A DNA stretch of 64,000 bases, taken from positions 1 to 64,000 of the forward strand of contig JAHLTZ010000028.1 of assembly GCA_025786725.1 (NCBI GenBank), read 5' to 3'. Numbering within the stretch: the stretch's first letter is position 1; each line of letters starts with the position of its first letter. Under the pieces are notes generated by a model. That model searched no databases and was not told the origin of the DNA. It was given only the letters and a program-made list of their open reading frames with translations. The position numbers and the translations under genes are program-made. Source of the DNA: Syncephalis fuscata S228. Its lineage: Eukaryota > Fungi > Zoopagomycota. Of this stretch, positions 39,723 to 53,188 are shown piece by piece.

Positions 39723-40223
39723 TTATGTAGTAATAAATGGCAACAATAATAATAATGCCAAGCTTACTACTGAGTAAAGAATAGGTAATGCTTGTCCAGC
39801 AGTAGTTTGCGAATAAGTCGTGGCTCCATTAGAATCATCCGGTATTTGTGTTCGCATAATGGTTATATTTGGTGTAGGAAATGAAGCAAATACATGTGTA
39901 ACGACAAGTACCATTGTAGGCGTTGCTGTTGCCAGACCACCGCTACCTGGTTTCATAGAGATTTGACCACGATTATTATTATTATTATTATTATTACGAG
40001 CAGTAGGTGTCGGTATTAATTCAATATTGTTGGCCACAGATGACGGCTGATTTGGATTTAAATCATGATTAGCTAGGGCAATCCGTGTTAAATCTATAGC
40101 CGTCAATTCTTCCAATGGGATTGTTTGTGCATTGACACTATAGCATAGTAGTAAGTTGTAGAATAAAGCAATAAAGCTTGCAGCAATCAATGCTCTTCGC
40201 CAGTAGCAAAATGCGTCAATCAT
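39723..40223 (-). CDS. Small secreted, probably GPI-anchored protein
   Basis: N-terminal signal, Thr/Pro-rich middle, hydrophobic C-terminus. Confidence 0.6.
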   Translation of the reverse strand: MIDAFCYWRRALIAASFIALFYNLLLCYSVNAQTIPLEELTAIDLTRIALANHDLNPNQPSSVANNIELIPTPTARNNNNNNNNRGQISMKPGSGGLATATPTMVLVVTHVFASFPTPNITIMRTQIPDDSNGATTYSQTTAGQALPILYSVVSLALLLLLPFITT

Positions 40224-40760
40224 TTCAAATGTAGCTTATATTTAAAACAAATATTAATTGAAGTGTATAAAGTAGCGTTTAACAATTAATACTTTTAAAA
40301 ATTAAATGGCAGCGAATAGCCGTGAAAATAATCACACTTTAAGTACGTGGTTGTTATCAATGGTAGTAATGGTAATAATAGCAAGTAAAACTATTCTTAC
40401 TACAAAGCAGCGTACATTTAAGCATTTGACTGCATTGTATCGCGGCGATAGTAAGTGCCCCCTTGCCATTACCTTCCTCAAATGTCGAGTACACGGTGGA
40501 GTGTTAATTCATAGTAACAAAAGGAGAGCTGAACATGAAATCTCCTTGGCTTGCTTACGTACGTGCCTATCTCCCTTTTCCTATTCATAGTGCTATGACC
40601 TACTAGTAACATAGACATATTTTAGAAAGAAGAGCTAATAAATGCTGAATGTATCAGTTTATTGATTTCTTAGTTAATTAAAAATATTATTACTTATTAC
40701 TCCAATATATTATTTAAACAATCACATTAACAAGGCAACTAACATATCATGTTCAAATTG

Positions 40761-43011
40761 CTAAATGGCAACGCTATGTATACGCGACGAACGAGGCATC
40801 GAGCCAAATATTGCCTCATTACTTTCGGTATAGGTGCGAGCAGCCAGTAAATGAGGCGCTACAAACTCATCATCCTCTGAATCGAGATCATTTGAAGCAT
40901 CATATAGATCGCCACCTACAAGTGGCCTATTAACCTGTGATCCTGCCATGACAGCTGCAATACCTGTAACAGTACTCGATACCGGTAATACATTCATTGA
41001 ATCTTTATCGTTAGCTGGCTTCTTTTTTAACTGATTTAATGGCTGTCGATGAATGTTAATCGGCAATGATGTGGCAAACATATGGTGACTTGTTTCAGAT
41101 GGTGATTGTCCTTTGCCGTAAACGGCATTTGTTTGCTGGCGTAGTGCAGTGAGTCCATCGCGTGATTCATCATCAAGCACAGATAAATCCTCTTCATTAA
41201 CCTGGTCCAATGATCGGTCATCTTCAAAATCAGGTAAATACTTGTGACGAGATCGCTGTTTCCATCCACCAGTGCCAATACTACCGGATAAGCCAGACAT
41301 TGATTGTGATAGTGGCATGTATCGAGAGTCTTGTGGCATCATACTTGTTCCAAAGTGCATACCTGGCCGACTTATCATGTCGTTTGTCTCCCTTTGTTCT
41401 GCTCCGAAGTAACTGCCACTTTCCCTAAATGAACCAGCAATAGGCTGGGTGTCAATTGTATCATCCAAGTCTGCCTCTTCATCTAATAAAAATACTATAT
41501 GGTCATTTATAACTCATTAGTAATCATAAGTGGTATTATTTGTAATGTTAATACTTATACTTACAATCATCTTCATCTTCATCTTTATCATTGCCATAAT
41601 CATTGGTATTTTTATTTCCATAGGTTGATTTTTTACCATTCAATACATCGCCCTTTTGATATTGTGTATCTTGTGTCATGACACGGGTCAAGGTCGATGC
41701 TGTTGAAGGAAGCACCTTTTCAAATAGGATTGGCGCAGTCTGTTGTTGTTTATCCTCAATTAATGACTCGTTATCACGAGTAGCCGTTGGTGCTTGTTGA
41801 GCAAGACGTTCAGCCCGTGTGGTATTCAACCCAGCCAACAAGCTAAAACCACCCTGTTTTAAACTGCCTATTACAATAGAAGATGGTCTATTTGTTTCGG
41901 CTATTTCATGCATACTACTATCACTCTCCTCGCTTGACGGTTGATGGTCAATGTCCTGTGATGATATATGTCCAGTAAATGAAGTTGCGCGGCTGTGACT
42001 AGTAGATCCGCTCTCTTCAGATGATTGTGACAATGCTTGCTGTCTTAATGTATCAGCTCTTAGTAACTGGCGTATAATTGCCGTTTGATCCTCTTTCGCT
42101 CGTTGCATGCGCTTCTCCAGCAATTCATTTTGTGTACTACGGAAATCAGTAACACGCTGCTCCAATGCAGCCATTTCAGTTAATTCGTAGTCTTTCAGTG
42201 TGGCTTTTGTTTTTTCAGTAGCACGATTACTTTCTAAAGCTAAATAAACAGTTATTTACACATTATAACTATATAAAATATACTTGCCATGTATATCGTT
42301 CATTTCTGCTTGTATATCGTCCTCATTGTCGCAGTGTTGAATTACAATTTTAAATGCCCAGCTAAATTGTTCATTCTGCTGTGCGTTAACAATCTCTTTA
42401 CCAGCCTATTTATTAGCCAGTCATAATATTTACGTTAATATCCATTTTTATATTACATATGACGATCATCGTTGCATATTATTACAGCGATTATCGTCAT
42501 TCTTGCAACCCACCAAAGCAGAGGCATGTTCAAGTACACAAACTGTGCCATCCGGTGGCGATCGTGCCAGCACTGGCTGCTGACCAGTGTGACGAGTATG
42601 TGTTATAGAATCATTGCTGTTTCCATGAAGGCCATGGGACTGGTCGTCACGTCTTTTCTCTTTGTAGGCATATAGATTACAGCTACAGTTGAGACAGCAT
42701 ACTGTATGCCAGTGTTTAACCGCAGGTTTAACAACAATAAGTGCTTCGTGTTCCTAAATAAGCATAGGCCAATTAGCTAGCCATTCCAATGACTAACAAA
42801 AAAGCAGGTGTCTATCTGCCATAGTACTTACAACTGTAACGCCACCAAGACCAAGTGTCAGTTTCCAGCCTGATGGACGGTTGTGATGAGGCAGTTCATC
42901 CAGTATCTGCTTTGCCGTCTCAACGGCCGTGCCAGTCTCCGTCGAGACATGGGGCCGAGAGGGCAGATGGAGCCGTATGTTAAGACACGGACAGGCTAGA
43001 TAGTTGGCCAT
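40761..43011 (-). CDS. PRAS40/AKT1S1-like protein (tentative)
   Basis: N-term CPCLNIRLH, central coiled coil, C-term FATSLPINI ... IFGSMPR resembling PRAS40 SLPV and FGDLPR motifs. Confidence 0.45.
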
Positions 43012-43758
43012 AGTGGCACGTATCAAGTGGGGATTCTTTATAAGAACGTCGGTAATAAGCGTAAATACACGCACACACGTACACTACAATAGTGGAGATA
43101 GATAGTCAGTTAGGAATGCAGACACTAGTGATAGAACTGGTGATAAAATGGAACAACAAAGAAGCAAACAAACAAACAACAAGCAATAGTTGGTTAATCG
43201 TGGTAAAGATGTGTGAATGAAACGCAAAGAGAAAATGAATAGTCTTAATAGAGGTATTGAAATAAACGACTTGACTTATAAACAAAATAGGTGAGATGAG
43301 TAGGATTTTCACCACACCTTCCAGATTACTGGAACAGCCTAGGCTATTTCAATATCGATCCTAACTGATGATAAATACGCAAAACTTAATAGATGGATTG
43401 TTGTAATGCGCCAGTTTTCACTCTATTCTTGCAGTACTGGCTAGCATCACGTGATTCATGCTACGAATGACATCATTAATCATAAAAATAAACTAGAAAA
43501 ATTGAAATAATCTTTTGCCCATTCTTTCATCAGATAACTGTATATGTTTATAACTACATCTATAGAAGCAAGTTAATATTTATTTATCGGTTGGCATCGA
43601 TTCCCTCCACGAGGTCCATCAGATAAGAAAACGCACTTAGAAAAAGGATCAGATATCTCCGAGTTGTCACGCTTCCGACATTATCCGTCCACGTCTTTCC
43701 TCTTTTTTTCCTACTACATAGTGTGTAGCCACATTGCCTTCTCAACAATTACGATACC

Positions 43759-45138
43759 ATGTCTTTAGTAGGCCGCAGCAGTCATAGTAATGTTAAACGA
43801 TCACTTTGGGCATACCGAAGAACCCATCGTGTATTGACGACGTATGCAATGCAACATGCACCGTTGAAATCGCCGCTTGCATTGCCCGCACTACGAACAA
43901 GTAGCAGTAGTAGCAGTGGTGGTGGTCATCTATTAGGTACTCATCCGGCAATGACTATGAAAATATGCAATGCACCTTTGACGGCACTGGCCACCAGTAC
44001 GCCATTACGTAAAGAATTCCAGCCACGACAACGCTCTAATGCATCTACGGTCACTATTTCGGTAGAGCCATGTATTCAGTGTCGTTCTGACCCACCATCT
44101 ACTCCGGCTAGCACTATGGCTGATGGCTCTTTTTCCAATGCGTTGACATCTACGTCTAATGGCGAGGATCGTCTTTCATTTGAAGATGAAGGTGTTATGC
44201 GTTCGACGTTCTATCGACGTCCGCTTCCTAAACATCTTGTGGCGTTTGATTCGACTGAAGGCAAGCAGTTTTTTAGACGTTGTCTTGATAAAGGCCACGC
44301 TGAAGGTTACTTTCACCTTGCTGATAACTTTTCTTCCCAATCAGAACCAGCCTGTAAGTGGTTATATACACATTTAATAATGACATCTAACATTAATCTA
44401 TTTGTTTGATATTGTTTTATCTAGATTGTGGACCTAGTTCATTGGCTATGGTACTGAATGCGTTGCAAATTGATCCACGTCGACGCTGGAAGGGGGCATG
44501 GCGATGGTAATCGCTTAATACTACTTGCTTATTATAAGTACTAATGTTGGTGTTTTAACAGGTATACTGACGAACTCCTTGAAAGCTGTCTACCTATGTC
44601 TGTAGTAAAGCGTAAAGGCATTACATTTTCACAGTTTGCTTGTAAGTTATATTGAATATGGCAGTGTATTAGAACTGACAATATGATGATAATAGGTATA
44701 GCTAGTGGGCATTGTGAAGTGGTAGCTAAAAGACCCACTGAATTTACATTTGACAATTTTGTTGCTGATTTGCGCCGTGTAACAAGTCGTATGGATAACG
44801 GCGAGCATATGGTAGTCAGTTATGCTCGTGCCACCTTAGGCCAGACGGGGGATGGTCATTTCTCACCTATAGGTGCATTCTATCCAGGTCGGCCACGTCA
44901 GCCTAACAAACCCAAACAACAGGATAATGAACCTATTCATTGCGAGGAAGATTATGCATTGGTGTTGGATGTGGCTCGATTCAAGTATCCTAGCTATTTC
45001 TGTCAAACACGGCTACTTTACGAGGCAATGAAACCCATCGACCGTACTACCGGTAAATGTCGCGGCTGGTTTCTTCTAAGACCGCAACAGCACTCGCCAG
45101 TCTATGGATGTGCTAGTGTGTGTAAGGATTGGGCCTAA
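43759..45138 (+). CDS. PCS: Phytochelatin synthase (catalytic domain only)
   Basis: [56 protein letters not shown]: Cys-His-Asp triad. Confidence 0.93.
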
Positions 45139-46144
45139 TTGCTGCTGAATAGTTATTGTTAGTATGCCTTTTTGTTTCTGTTTCTGTTTATTACATATAT
45201 GTACGGTGACTTTACCACATTCTATCCCAAACTTTGTATAAATAATATTTGCAAAATCAAGCTATTTTACTTAGTGCTACTACTATACTATAGATATTAG
45301 ACAGTGTTTAATGCATATAAATGTAGAAATAATAGATTAATATTTAATATAACAAAATTATAATATGCTTCAATTGTTATTCAAGCATAAAGAACACATA
45401 TAAATAGATACATTAATAATGGAGTTGTTGATAATACTAGTTATAGTATGGTGTAGTCATCCGTTTTATAGGATATGACGATAAACAACTAACTGTCATG
45501 CTTTCTTCACTGCATATTGATTTTATTATAATGATCATATACTGTTAGTAAGAGTTAATTGTTGTAATATTTGATTCATTCGTTTATTCTTCTCACTCCA
45601 TTGTATATATAATAGTTTTATCAGCATTATTCATACATTTTATTATATCCAGTCATTTTTATGTACTATTCTATGTTCTATTAAGCATAGTTTACTAATA
45701 TACAAATTTAATTATATTGCTAATATTTAGCACTACAATATTCATATTTAAAGTTGTTATTTAAACAAAATATTGCTATATTCATACCAATCTATGTTTA
45801 TAGCTAACATAACATAAATATATGTTTTTTGTTAATTTTTAAATAAAAATAAACATGATTATAGATATAGCAATTTGATTGTGTATAGTTAAGATGGAAC
45901 CATATATTTATTACTATAAGCTTGCACAGTTGAATAGTAACAACTAAATGCAGTCTTGTTAATAAAAATGATGATTCCATTGATTAAAGACTGGATAAAC
46001 CGGAGCATTGGCCAAAACTTGATGTATAAATAGACTGGACGGCGTAGTTGTCAAATGGTCTTGCTTTTCACCGAATATATATCTAAAGTGTATTGGAATA
46101 GTAATTCAATTGCACTACCAATGCTGATGTCTTGAGACCATCGA

Positions 46145-49100
46145 TTATGCTGTATTTACAAATAAAGATATTATATGTTATATAATTAATGAATAAGCCA
46201 TCAATATATAATGCTACTTACTGCCTATTAATATTAATATATTGATACCATCAGTAAATAGCATAGTTAATATATAGTCAATTAATATATAATATTACTT
46301 ACCGACTATTAATATTAAACAATTGATACAATCAATGAATAGTATAGTTAATGTATAGTCAGTTAATATATAATGTTACTTACTGACTATTAATATTAAA
46401 TAATCGGTACAATCAATAAATAGCATAGTTAATGTATAATTAATTGATATACAACAATACTTACGATCTATTAATAATAAACAATTATCACAATAGTAAA
46501 TAGTGTTAATGTATAATCAATTAATATACAATATCACTTACTCTCTATTAATATTAAATAATTGGCACAATCAGTAAATAGTATGTGATTAATGTATGCC
46601 AGTTGATATATGACGTAACTTACTGCCTATTAATATTAAATTATTGATACACACAATATATGATATGTAATTAGCCGATAGTCGATTAATATACAATACT
46701 ACTTACAAACTATTAATATTAAGTAATTAGTACAATAAGTAAATAGCAGTTAATATAGTCAAGGGATACACAATATAACTTACCACCTATTAATATTAAA
46801 TAATCGGTACAATTAGTAAATAGCAGTTAATATACCATACTACTTACTATCTATTAATATTAAAATGATTGATACCATCAATTAATAGCATAGTTAATGT
46901 ATAGCCAATTAATATATAATACTACTTACGACCTATTAATATTAAGTTATTGATGCACGTAGTAGGTAACATGTGATTAGTACATAGTCGATTAATATAA
47001 AATGCTACTTACATCCTGTTAATAAGGTTGTAGATGCACATAATACATAGTATATAATTAGCCAATGGTTAGATAATATACAATGCTACTTACTGGCTAT
47101 TAGTATTAATATATTGGGATCATCAGTAAATTGCGTAGTTAATATATAGTCAATCGATATACAATATAACTTACTAGCTATTAATATTAAGTTATTGATG
47201 CGCGCAGTAAATAGGATAATTAATGTATATTCGATTAATATACAATATTACTTACTAGCTATTATTATTAAATAATTGGTATAATTAGTAAATAACATAG
47301 TTGATATGCAATACACCTTACCGGCTATTAATATTAAACAGTTGGTATCATTAGTAAATAGCAGTTAATATAGAAGCAATCAAATATATACTATCATTTA
47401 CCCTCTATTAATATTAAATAATTGATACAATTAATAAATATTATAGTTAATGTATAGTCAGTTAATATACGATACAACTTACCGCCTATTAATATTAATT
47501 AATTGATATCATCAGTAAATAGTATAGTTAATATATAGTCAACTAATACACAATATAACTTACTATCTATTAATATTAAATAATAAGTACAATCAATCAA
47601 TAGTATGGTTAATGTATAGTCAGTTAATATACGATACAACTTACTATCTATTAATATTAAATAATAGGTACAATCAATCAATATTATAGTTAATGTATAG
47701 TCAGTTAATATACAATATAACTTACCGCCTATTAATATTAAACAATTGGTACAATCAATCAATAGCATGATTAATGTATAGTCAGTTAATATACGATACA
47801 ACTTACCGCCTATTAATATTAAATAATTGGTACAATCAATAAATATTATAGTTAATGTATAGTCAGTTAATATACGATACAACTTACCGCCTATTGATAT
47901 TAAACAATTGGTACAATCAATTAATAGCATAGTTAATGTATAGTCAGTTAATATATAATACTACTTACGACCTATTAATATTAAGTTATTAATGCACATA
48001 GTAGGTAACATGTGATTAGTACATAGTCAATTAATATATAATGCTACTTACATCCTGTTAATAAGGTTGTAGATGCACATAATACATAGTATATAATTAG
48101 CCAATGGTTAGATAATATACAATGCTACTTACTGGCTATTAGTATTAATATATTGGGATCATCAGTAAATTGAATAGTTAATATATAGTTAGTTAATATA
48201 CAATATCACGAAGGGGACGTTGCTAGCCCAGTAGGTAAGGCAGCGTTTCCCGAGCTAAAGGCTTTAGGTTCAAACTTCGGTTTGAATCAATCCTTAAGTG
48301 GAAAATCCCCCCCTCCAGTTTTCTCTAATTAACAAATTGCAAACCAGAACCCAATAAGTAGGTCCGGAAACAAGACCTTGGCCAGAATAGCCGAGGAAAA
48401 CCCAATTGGGACCAACTTCAAGAGAATAGTGCTGTGTAGCACCATTCAAAAGAAGATGGCCCCCGCGTGGAATCTACATGAACTAGATTTGCGCAAAAAC
48501 GTGGCAGTCCACCCGTTAAAAGTTTGGAAAAGTCCAAATATAGTGGGAAGCAGCGCAAATTCTTTAATTATGTGCAGCGGGGGCTCACAAGCTTTTCAAA
48601 ATAAAATAATATACAATGCTACTTACTCACTAATATATCAAGTCGTTGACACATAGTATATGACATATAATTAGTCCATAGTCAGTCAATATACAATGCC
48701 ACTTACTGCCTATTAGTATTAGGTTGTCGATACACATAGTGCATAATATATAATTAGCTAGTGTTCAATTAATATACAATAACTTACATGCTATCGATAT
48801 TAAGTTATTGATATACATGGTGTATGGTATAAAATTAGCACATAATTAGCTAATACATAATACACCTTACACACTATGGCATTAAGTTGTTGATACATAT
48901 AATACATAATATAGAGTTAGTTTATAAATTATCAACACGTAATTCTAATTACAGTCTATTAATATTAAATTGTTCGTGCGCATGATGCATAACATGTAAT
49001 TAGTGAGTAATCAATTAATATAAAATATAACTTACATTGAGCTAATATTAAATTATTAATAAATACAGTACATGGTACATAATTAATGTGTGTTCTATTA

Positions 49101-49375
49101 ATATATAATAGGACTTACCGCCTATTGATATTAAGTTATTGATAAACACAGTACATAATATATAATCAGTGAGTAGTTATTTAATACGCAATACCACTTA
49201 CCCTCTATTATAATAGTTGTTTAAAAATACTGTTAGTAAATATAATGCTATGATATGTTTATTAATATTGCAACATACTATCACGACGAACTAAAGCTGG
49301 GTTAGCATCCACCATGGTTGTAACGGCCACAAGAGCCACGACAATGATGCAAACGGCGGCAATGGAAAGCTTCAT
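46145..49375 (-). CDS. Micro-exon secreted Cys-rich peptide gene A, 35 exons: MKLSIAAVCIIVVALVAVTTMVDANPALVRR-DKGAQYLSCMTRCRGGDNSEAATTRCHSVCKNLIGT
   Basis: Exon 1 49375-49279 (phase 1); 33 micro-exons flanked by YAG/GTAA: AGG GCG CTCAAT ACT TGT CAT GCA TGA CCA GAT GTC GCG GCG GCG ATA ATA GCG AGG CCG CTA CTA CCA GAT GTC ATA GTG TTT GCA AGA ATC TCA TCG GCA; last exon CA-TAA 46149-46145. Confidence 0.85.
48210..48606 (+). mobile_element. tRNA-derived SINE, copy 1 (intronic, antisense to gene A)
   Basis: Box A TAGCCCAGTAGG, box B GGTTCAAACT, A-rich tail, imperfect TSD taatatacaatatcac/taatatacaatgctac. Confidence 0.8.
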
Positions 49376-49770
49376 GGTGATATTGATTTGTTGAGACAAA
49401 CAAATAAAAGAGATAGTAGAGTGTGGTTGGTATAGAATGGAGAGTAGTGTGTGTATTGCAGATAGTAGAGTGTGATGATGATATCGCAGTTGGTTGTGTA
49501 TATTTTGTGGGTTATTTATACTTACGGCAATACTGAGATGCTAGTATACTGTAGTATATGAGGTACACTATTGATGTGTAATATGAACCAATAAAACAAT
49601 CCAAACAACAGTGGTTTGAGGTGCACATGTACTAATAGATTCATGATGTGATAGAATGCTTTCCAGCCTTGATTTCAACCTGCTTGATCTTGATTTCAAC
49701 CCGCCCGGTCTTAGTTTCTATTTGCTCGGCATTTACACAAATAACGCAGTAATTTCAATGAGCAGTACAT

Positions 49771-50870
49771 ATGCGATAAAAATAGGCATGTTATCCTGTA
49801 TTTTTTTGTTACGCCGTCTAACTATTTGGTGAAAACAAGATATTGTTTGGCTTTGTAAAACGACAATGATGTCTTTGCTGCCATTTCTACTGATTCAGTC
49901 CTCAATATCTGCATGCATGCAAAATAGCACATAACCTGCCCGGTCTTTACTTCAATCTGTCAGTTATTCGCACGAATGATGTAACAATGGTAATAATCCG
50001 CATATATGCGATAAAAATAGGCATGTTATCCTGTATTTTTTTGTTACACCGTCTAACTATTTGGTGAAAACAAGATATTGTTTGGCTTTGTAAAACGATA
50101 ATGATGTCTTTGCTGCCATTTCTACTGATTCAGTCCTCAATATCTGCATGCATGCAAAATAGCACATAACCTGCCCGGTCTTTACTTCAATCTGTCAGTT
50201 ATTCGCACGAATGATGTAACAATGGTAATAATCCGTATATATGCGATAAAAATAGGCATGTTATCCTGTATTTTTTGTTACATCGGCTAACTATTTGGTG
50301 AAAACAAGATATTGTTTGGCTTTGTAAAACGATAATGATGTCTTTGCTGCCATTTCTACTGATTCAGTCCTCAATATCTGCATGCATGCAAAATAGCACA
50401 TAACCTGCCCGGTCTTTACTTCAATCTGTCAGTTATTCGCACGAATGATGTAACAATGGTAATAATCCGCATATATGCGATAAAAATAGGCATGTTATCC
50501 TGTATTTTTTTGTTACACCGTCTAACTATTTGGTGAAAACAAGATATTGTTTGGCTTTGTAAAACGATAATGATGTCTTTGCTGCCATTTCTACTGATTC
50601 AGTCCTCAATATCTGCATGCATGCAAAATAGCACATAACCTGCCCGGTCTTTACTTCAATCTGTCAGTTATTCGCACGAATGATGTAACAATGGTAATAA
50701 TCCGTATATATGCGATAAAAATAGGCATGTTATCCTGTATTTTTTGTTACATCGGCTAACTATTTGGTGAAAACAAGATATTGTTTGGCTTTGTAAAACG
50801 ATAATGATGTCTTTGCTGCCATTTCTACTGATTCAGTCCTCAATATCCGCATGCATACAGAATAGCACAC
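49771..50870. repeat. 235-bp tandem repeat, ~4.7 copies, upstream of gene A
   Basis: atgcgataaaaataggcatg recurs at 49771, 50006, 50241, 50475 and 50710; single diverged copy upstream of gene B (~57210-57375). Confidence 0.92.
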
Positions 50871-53188
50871 AACACTGACGCAAAAAACAAGCTTAATGTA
50901 TTAAACTGGTATTTTTATATAGATTTTTACTACCATACATAGGTCAGCCATAATTTCTTAAATTATAAAGTGTATTTATTCATTTTATACATTTATTTCA
51001 TTCAACACTATGCCCATTTTTATGGGGCAATCACTACTTTGAATTCACAAATACATCACATCCAGGCATATCATGCTACATGTTGTGCAACTGGCATCAT
51101 TCAAATGGCGGCTAATCTAAATTACTCAAAGTTGAATATACGATAAGTACTGTTTGTATCATGATGCATCACAGCGTTTTGAGCAATGGAACATTCCAAC
51201 AAGTCATTTCGTCATCAGTCTTCTGCTGTAAACTAGATTGCATCGGCTAAGCTACACGCAATGCAATATGCAGATACTAGACCAGACACAATAAAAAGTA
51301 CTAACCAAGTACCAGCAGTTTCAAGTGCATAGTGGCAATAGATTGCATATTAACTAGTAATCGTCTAGAGCTTAGGTACTGTTCAAACTGCTAAAAATAA
51401 TTTTGACAAAAATTCAAGATTGCATACAGGAGAACAAGTCAAAGCAAAAACCAATAGAAAAACAATCGGCAGCTTGAAGGCTTACTGGTTTGGCTTATAG
51501 TAAACCATTATTGGCATACCATGTTAGACTGTGTTTATTAACGATCTAACTATTGATGATGCAGCTAAAACGATAACGCTAAACGAAAGTAAAAGATGAG
51601 AGCAAAAACATTGTACATAGTATTTAACAAAACTACAAATACACACATGCTGTTATGCTTTGGATTCTATAAGGGGAATACTTGAGGGAAGGGTGAATGA
51701 ATAAGGGGAAATTAGACAATAGCGGATGATATTGTCAACAAATGGCTATTCATGAGGGCATTGACTAGTTAAAATAAGGATTGATATAGTTATATATCAC
51801 AAGCAATGATTTCATGCTGTTTTAAGTTATCAAACAGAAGAAAAGAAAAGATTCATTTATTAGATCGAAATGCGTGTTCAGAACCATTATTTCATTCATT
51901 TGTTACATAAAAGCATGTACAGCTAAAGCAAATAGTAAAGTAGTATTGAAGCCATTCTCAATTATAAAATATACAGTTTATACTATGTGTAAATGCGCAG
52001 CAATACAATATCATATATTGTACCAAACAGGTATCAGTTTTATTGTTATAATGTCGGTCATCTATTTAATTCACTTGACAATAAAAATTACAGGATGTTG
52101 TTACGGTACAGAATTACAGTATTATGGTTGCCTAATTATCTACCATGCAATTAATCCATGATATCCACCATGTAATCAAATAGCATGCTAACGATAACAT
52201 GTGAATAGCCACGACAACCATATACTAAATAGTAGTACTAACGATTATAAACAAACAGCTACCCAAGGACACAGTTAGTAAATACTTGTTATTCACTGAC
52301 ATATGAGCAACCGCATGGACAAGACTTAAGTTCTATTAACAATAATATTTACTATAAAATGCTAGCTTTATTGGAATTATAATAAATATATATGTTTGGT
52401 TCTATATTCTTTCTTTGCTTTAGTTACAAGTGTTATTTAGTTATTAAAAGCTTAACTGTGGTAATCGATAGTTAAACATGAGAATCATTTATTGTTTATG
52501 TTATAATAGCATCAAATTCATATTATACTAATTTAAGCAATTGATTAGTAGCCACCAGCGCTTAGATGATAAAAGTAAGCGTATGCAAGACGGTAGTCAT
52601 TAAGTTACTAGTCGCTAAAATTTAGTGCTAGGTTGTTAACAATCAACAATTATTCTTATATCAATACCAGTACAATATCATTTTATTATATGATAGTGAT
52701 AGATTTGTTACTATTCATGGTATAGTTACAAATAAGCGCAGTCAACTTTATTGCCAATATGCATCACTACAATATCCACATTTAACATTGATATATTCAT
52801 ACTGGCTATGATTATAGCTAATACAATATAATTCTACATGTCTTTTGTCAATTTAACTATTTGACTAATAATTAATAATCATTGAATGCAAATAGAACAT
52901 GGTTATAAATATAGCAATTTGATTGTGTATAGTTAAGATGGAACCATATATTTATTACTATAAGCTTGCACAGTTGAATAGTAACAACTAAATGCAGTCT
53001 TGTTAATAAAAATGATGATTCCATTGATTAAAGACTGGATAAACCGGAGCATTGGCCAAAACTTGATATATAAATAGACTGGACGGCGTAGTTGTCAAAT
53101 GGTCTTGCTTTTCACCGAATATATATCTAAAGTGTATTGGAATAGTAATTCAATTGCACTACCAATGCTGATGTCTTGAGACCATCGA

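Larger units (their letters stand above)
45855..51650. repeat. Tandem segmental duplication, unit A (partner ~52897-58130)
   Basis: 45866-46210 almost identical to 52910-53254; 49260-49800 and 50830-51650 align to 56750-58130. Confidence 0.9.

Noticed and set aside
47499-47930. 143-aa repetitive ORF (also 54890-55102 and 55483-55734)
   Set aside because: Chance read-through of 81-bp intron units, whose length is a multiple of 3
48213-48290. Functional tRNA gene (also ~54475-54550)
   Set aside because: A and B boxes present but no acceptor or anticodon stems; continues into a body, tail and TSD typical of a SINE
48378-48656. ORFs inside the SINE copies (also 54539-54820)
   Set aside because: Not conserved between the two copies (indels, opposite strands); no RT motifs
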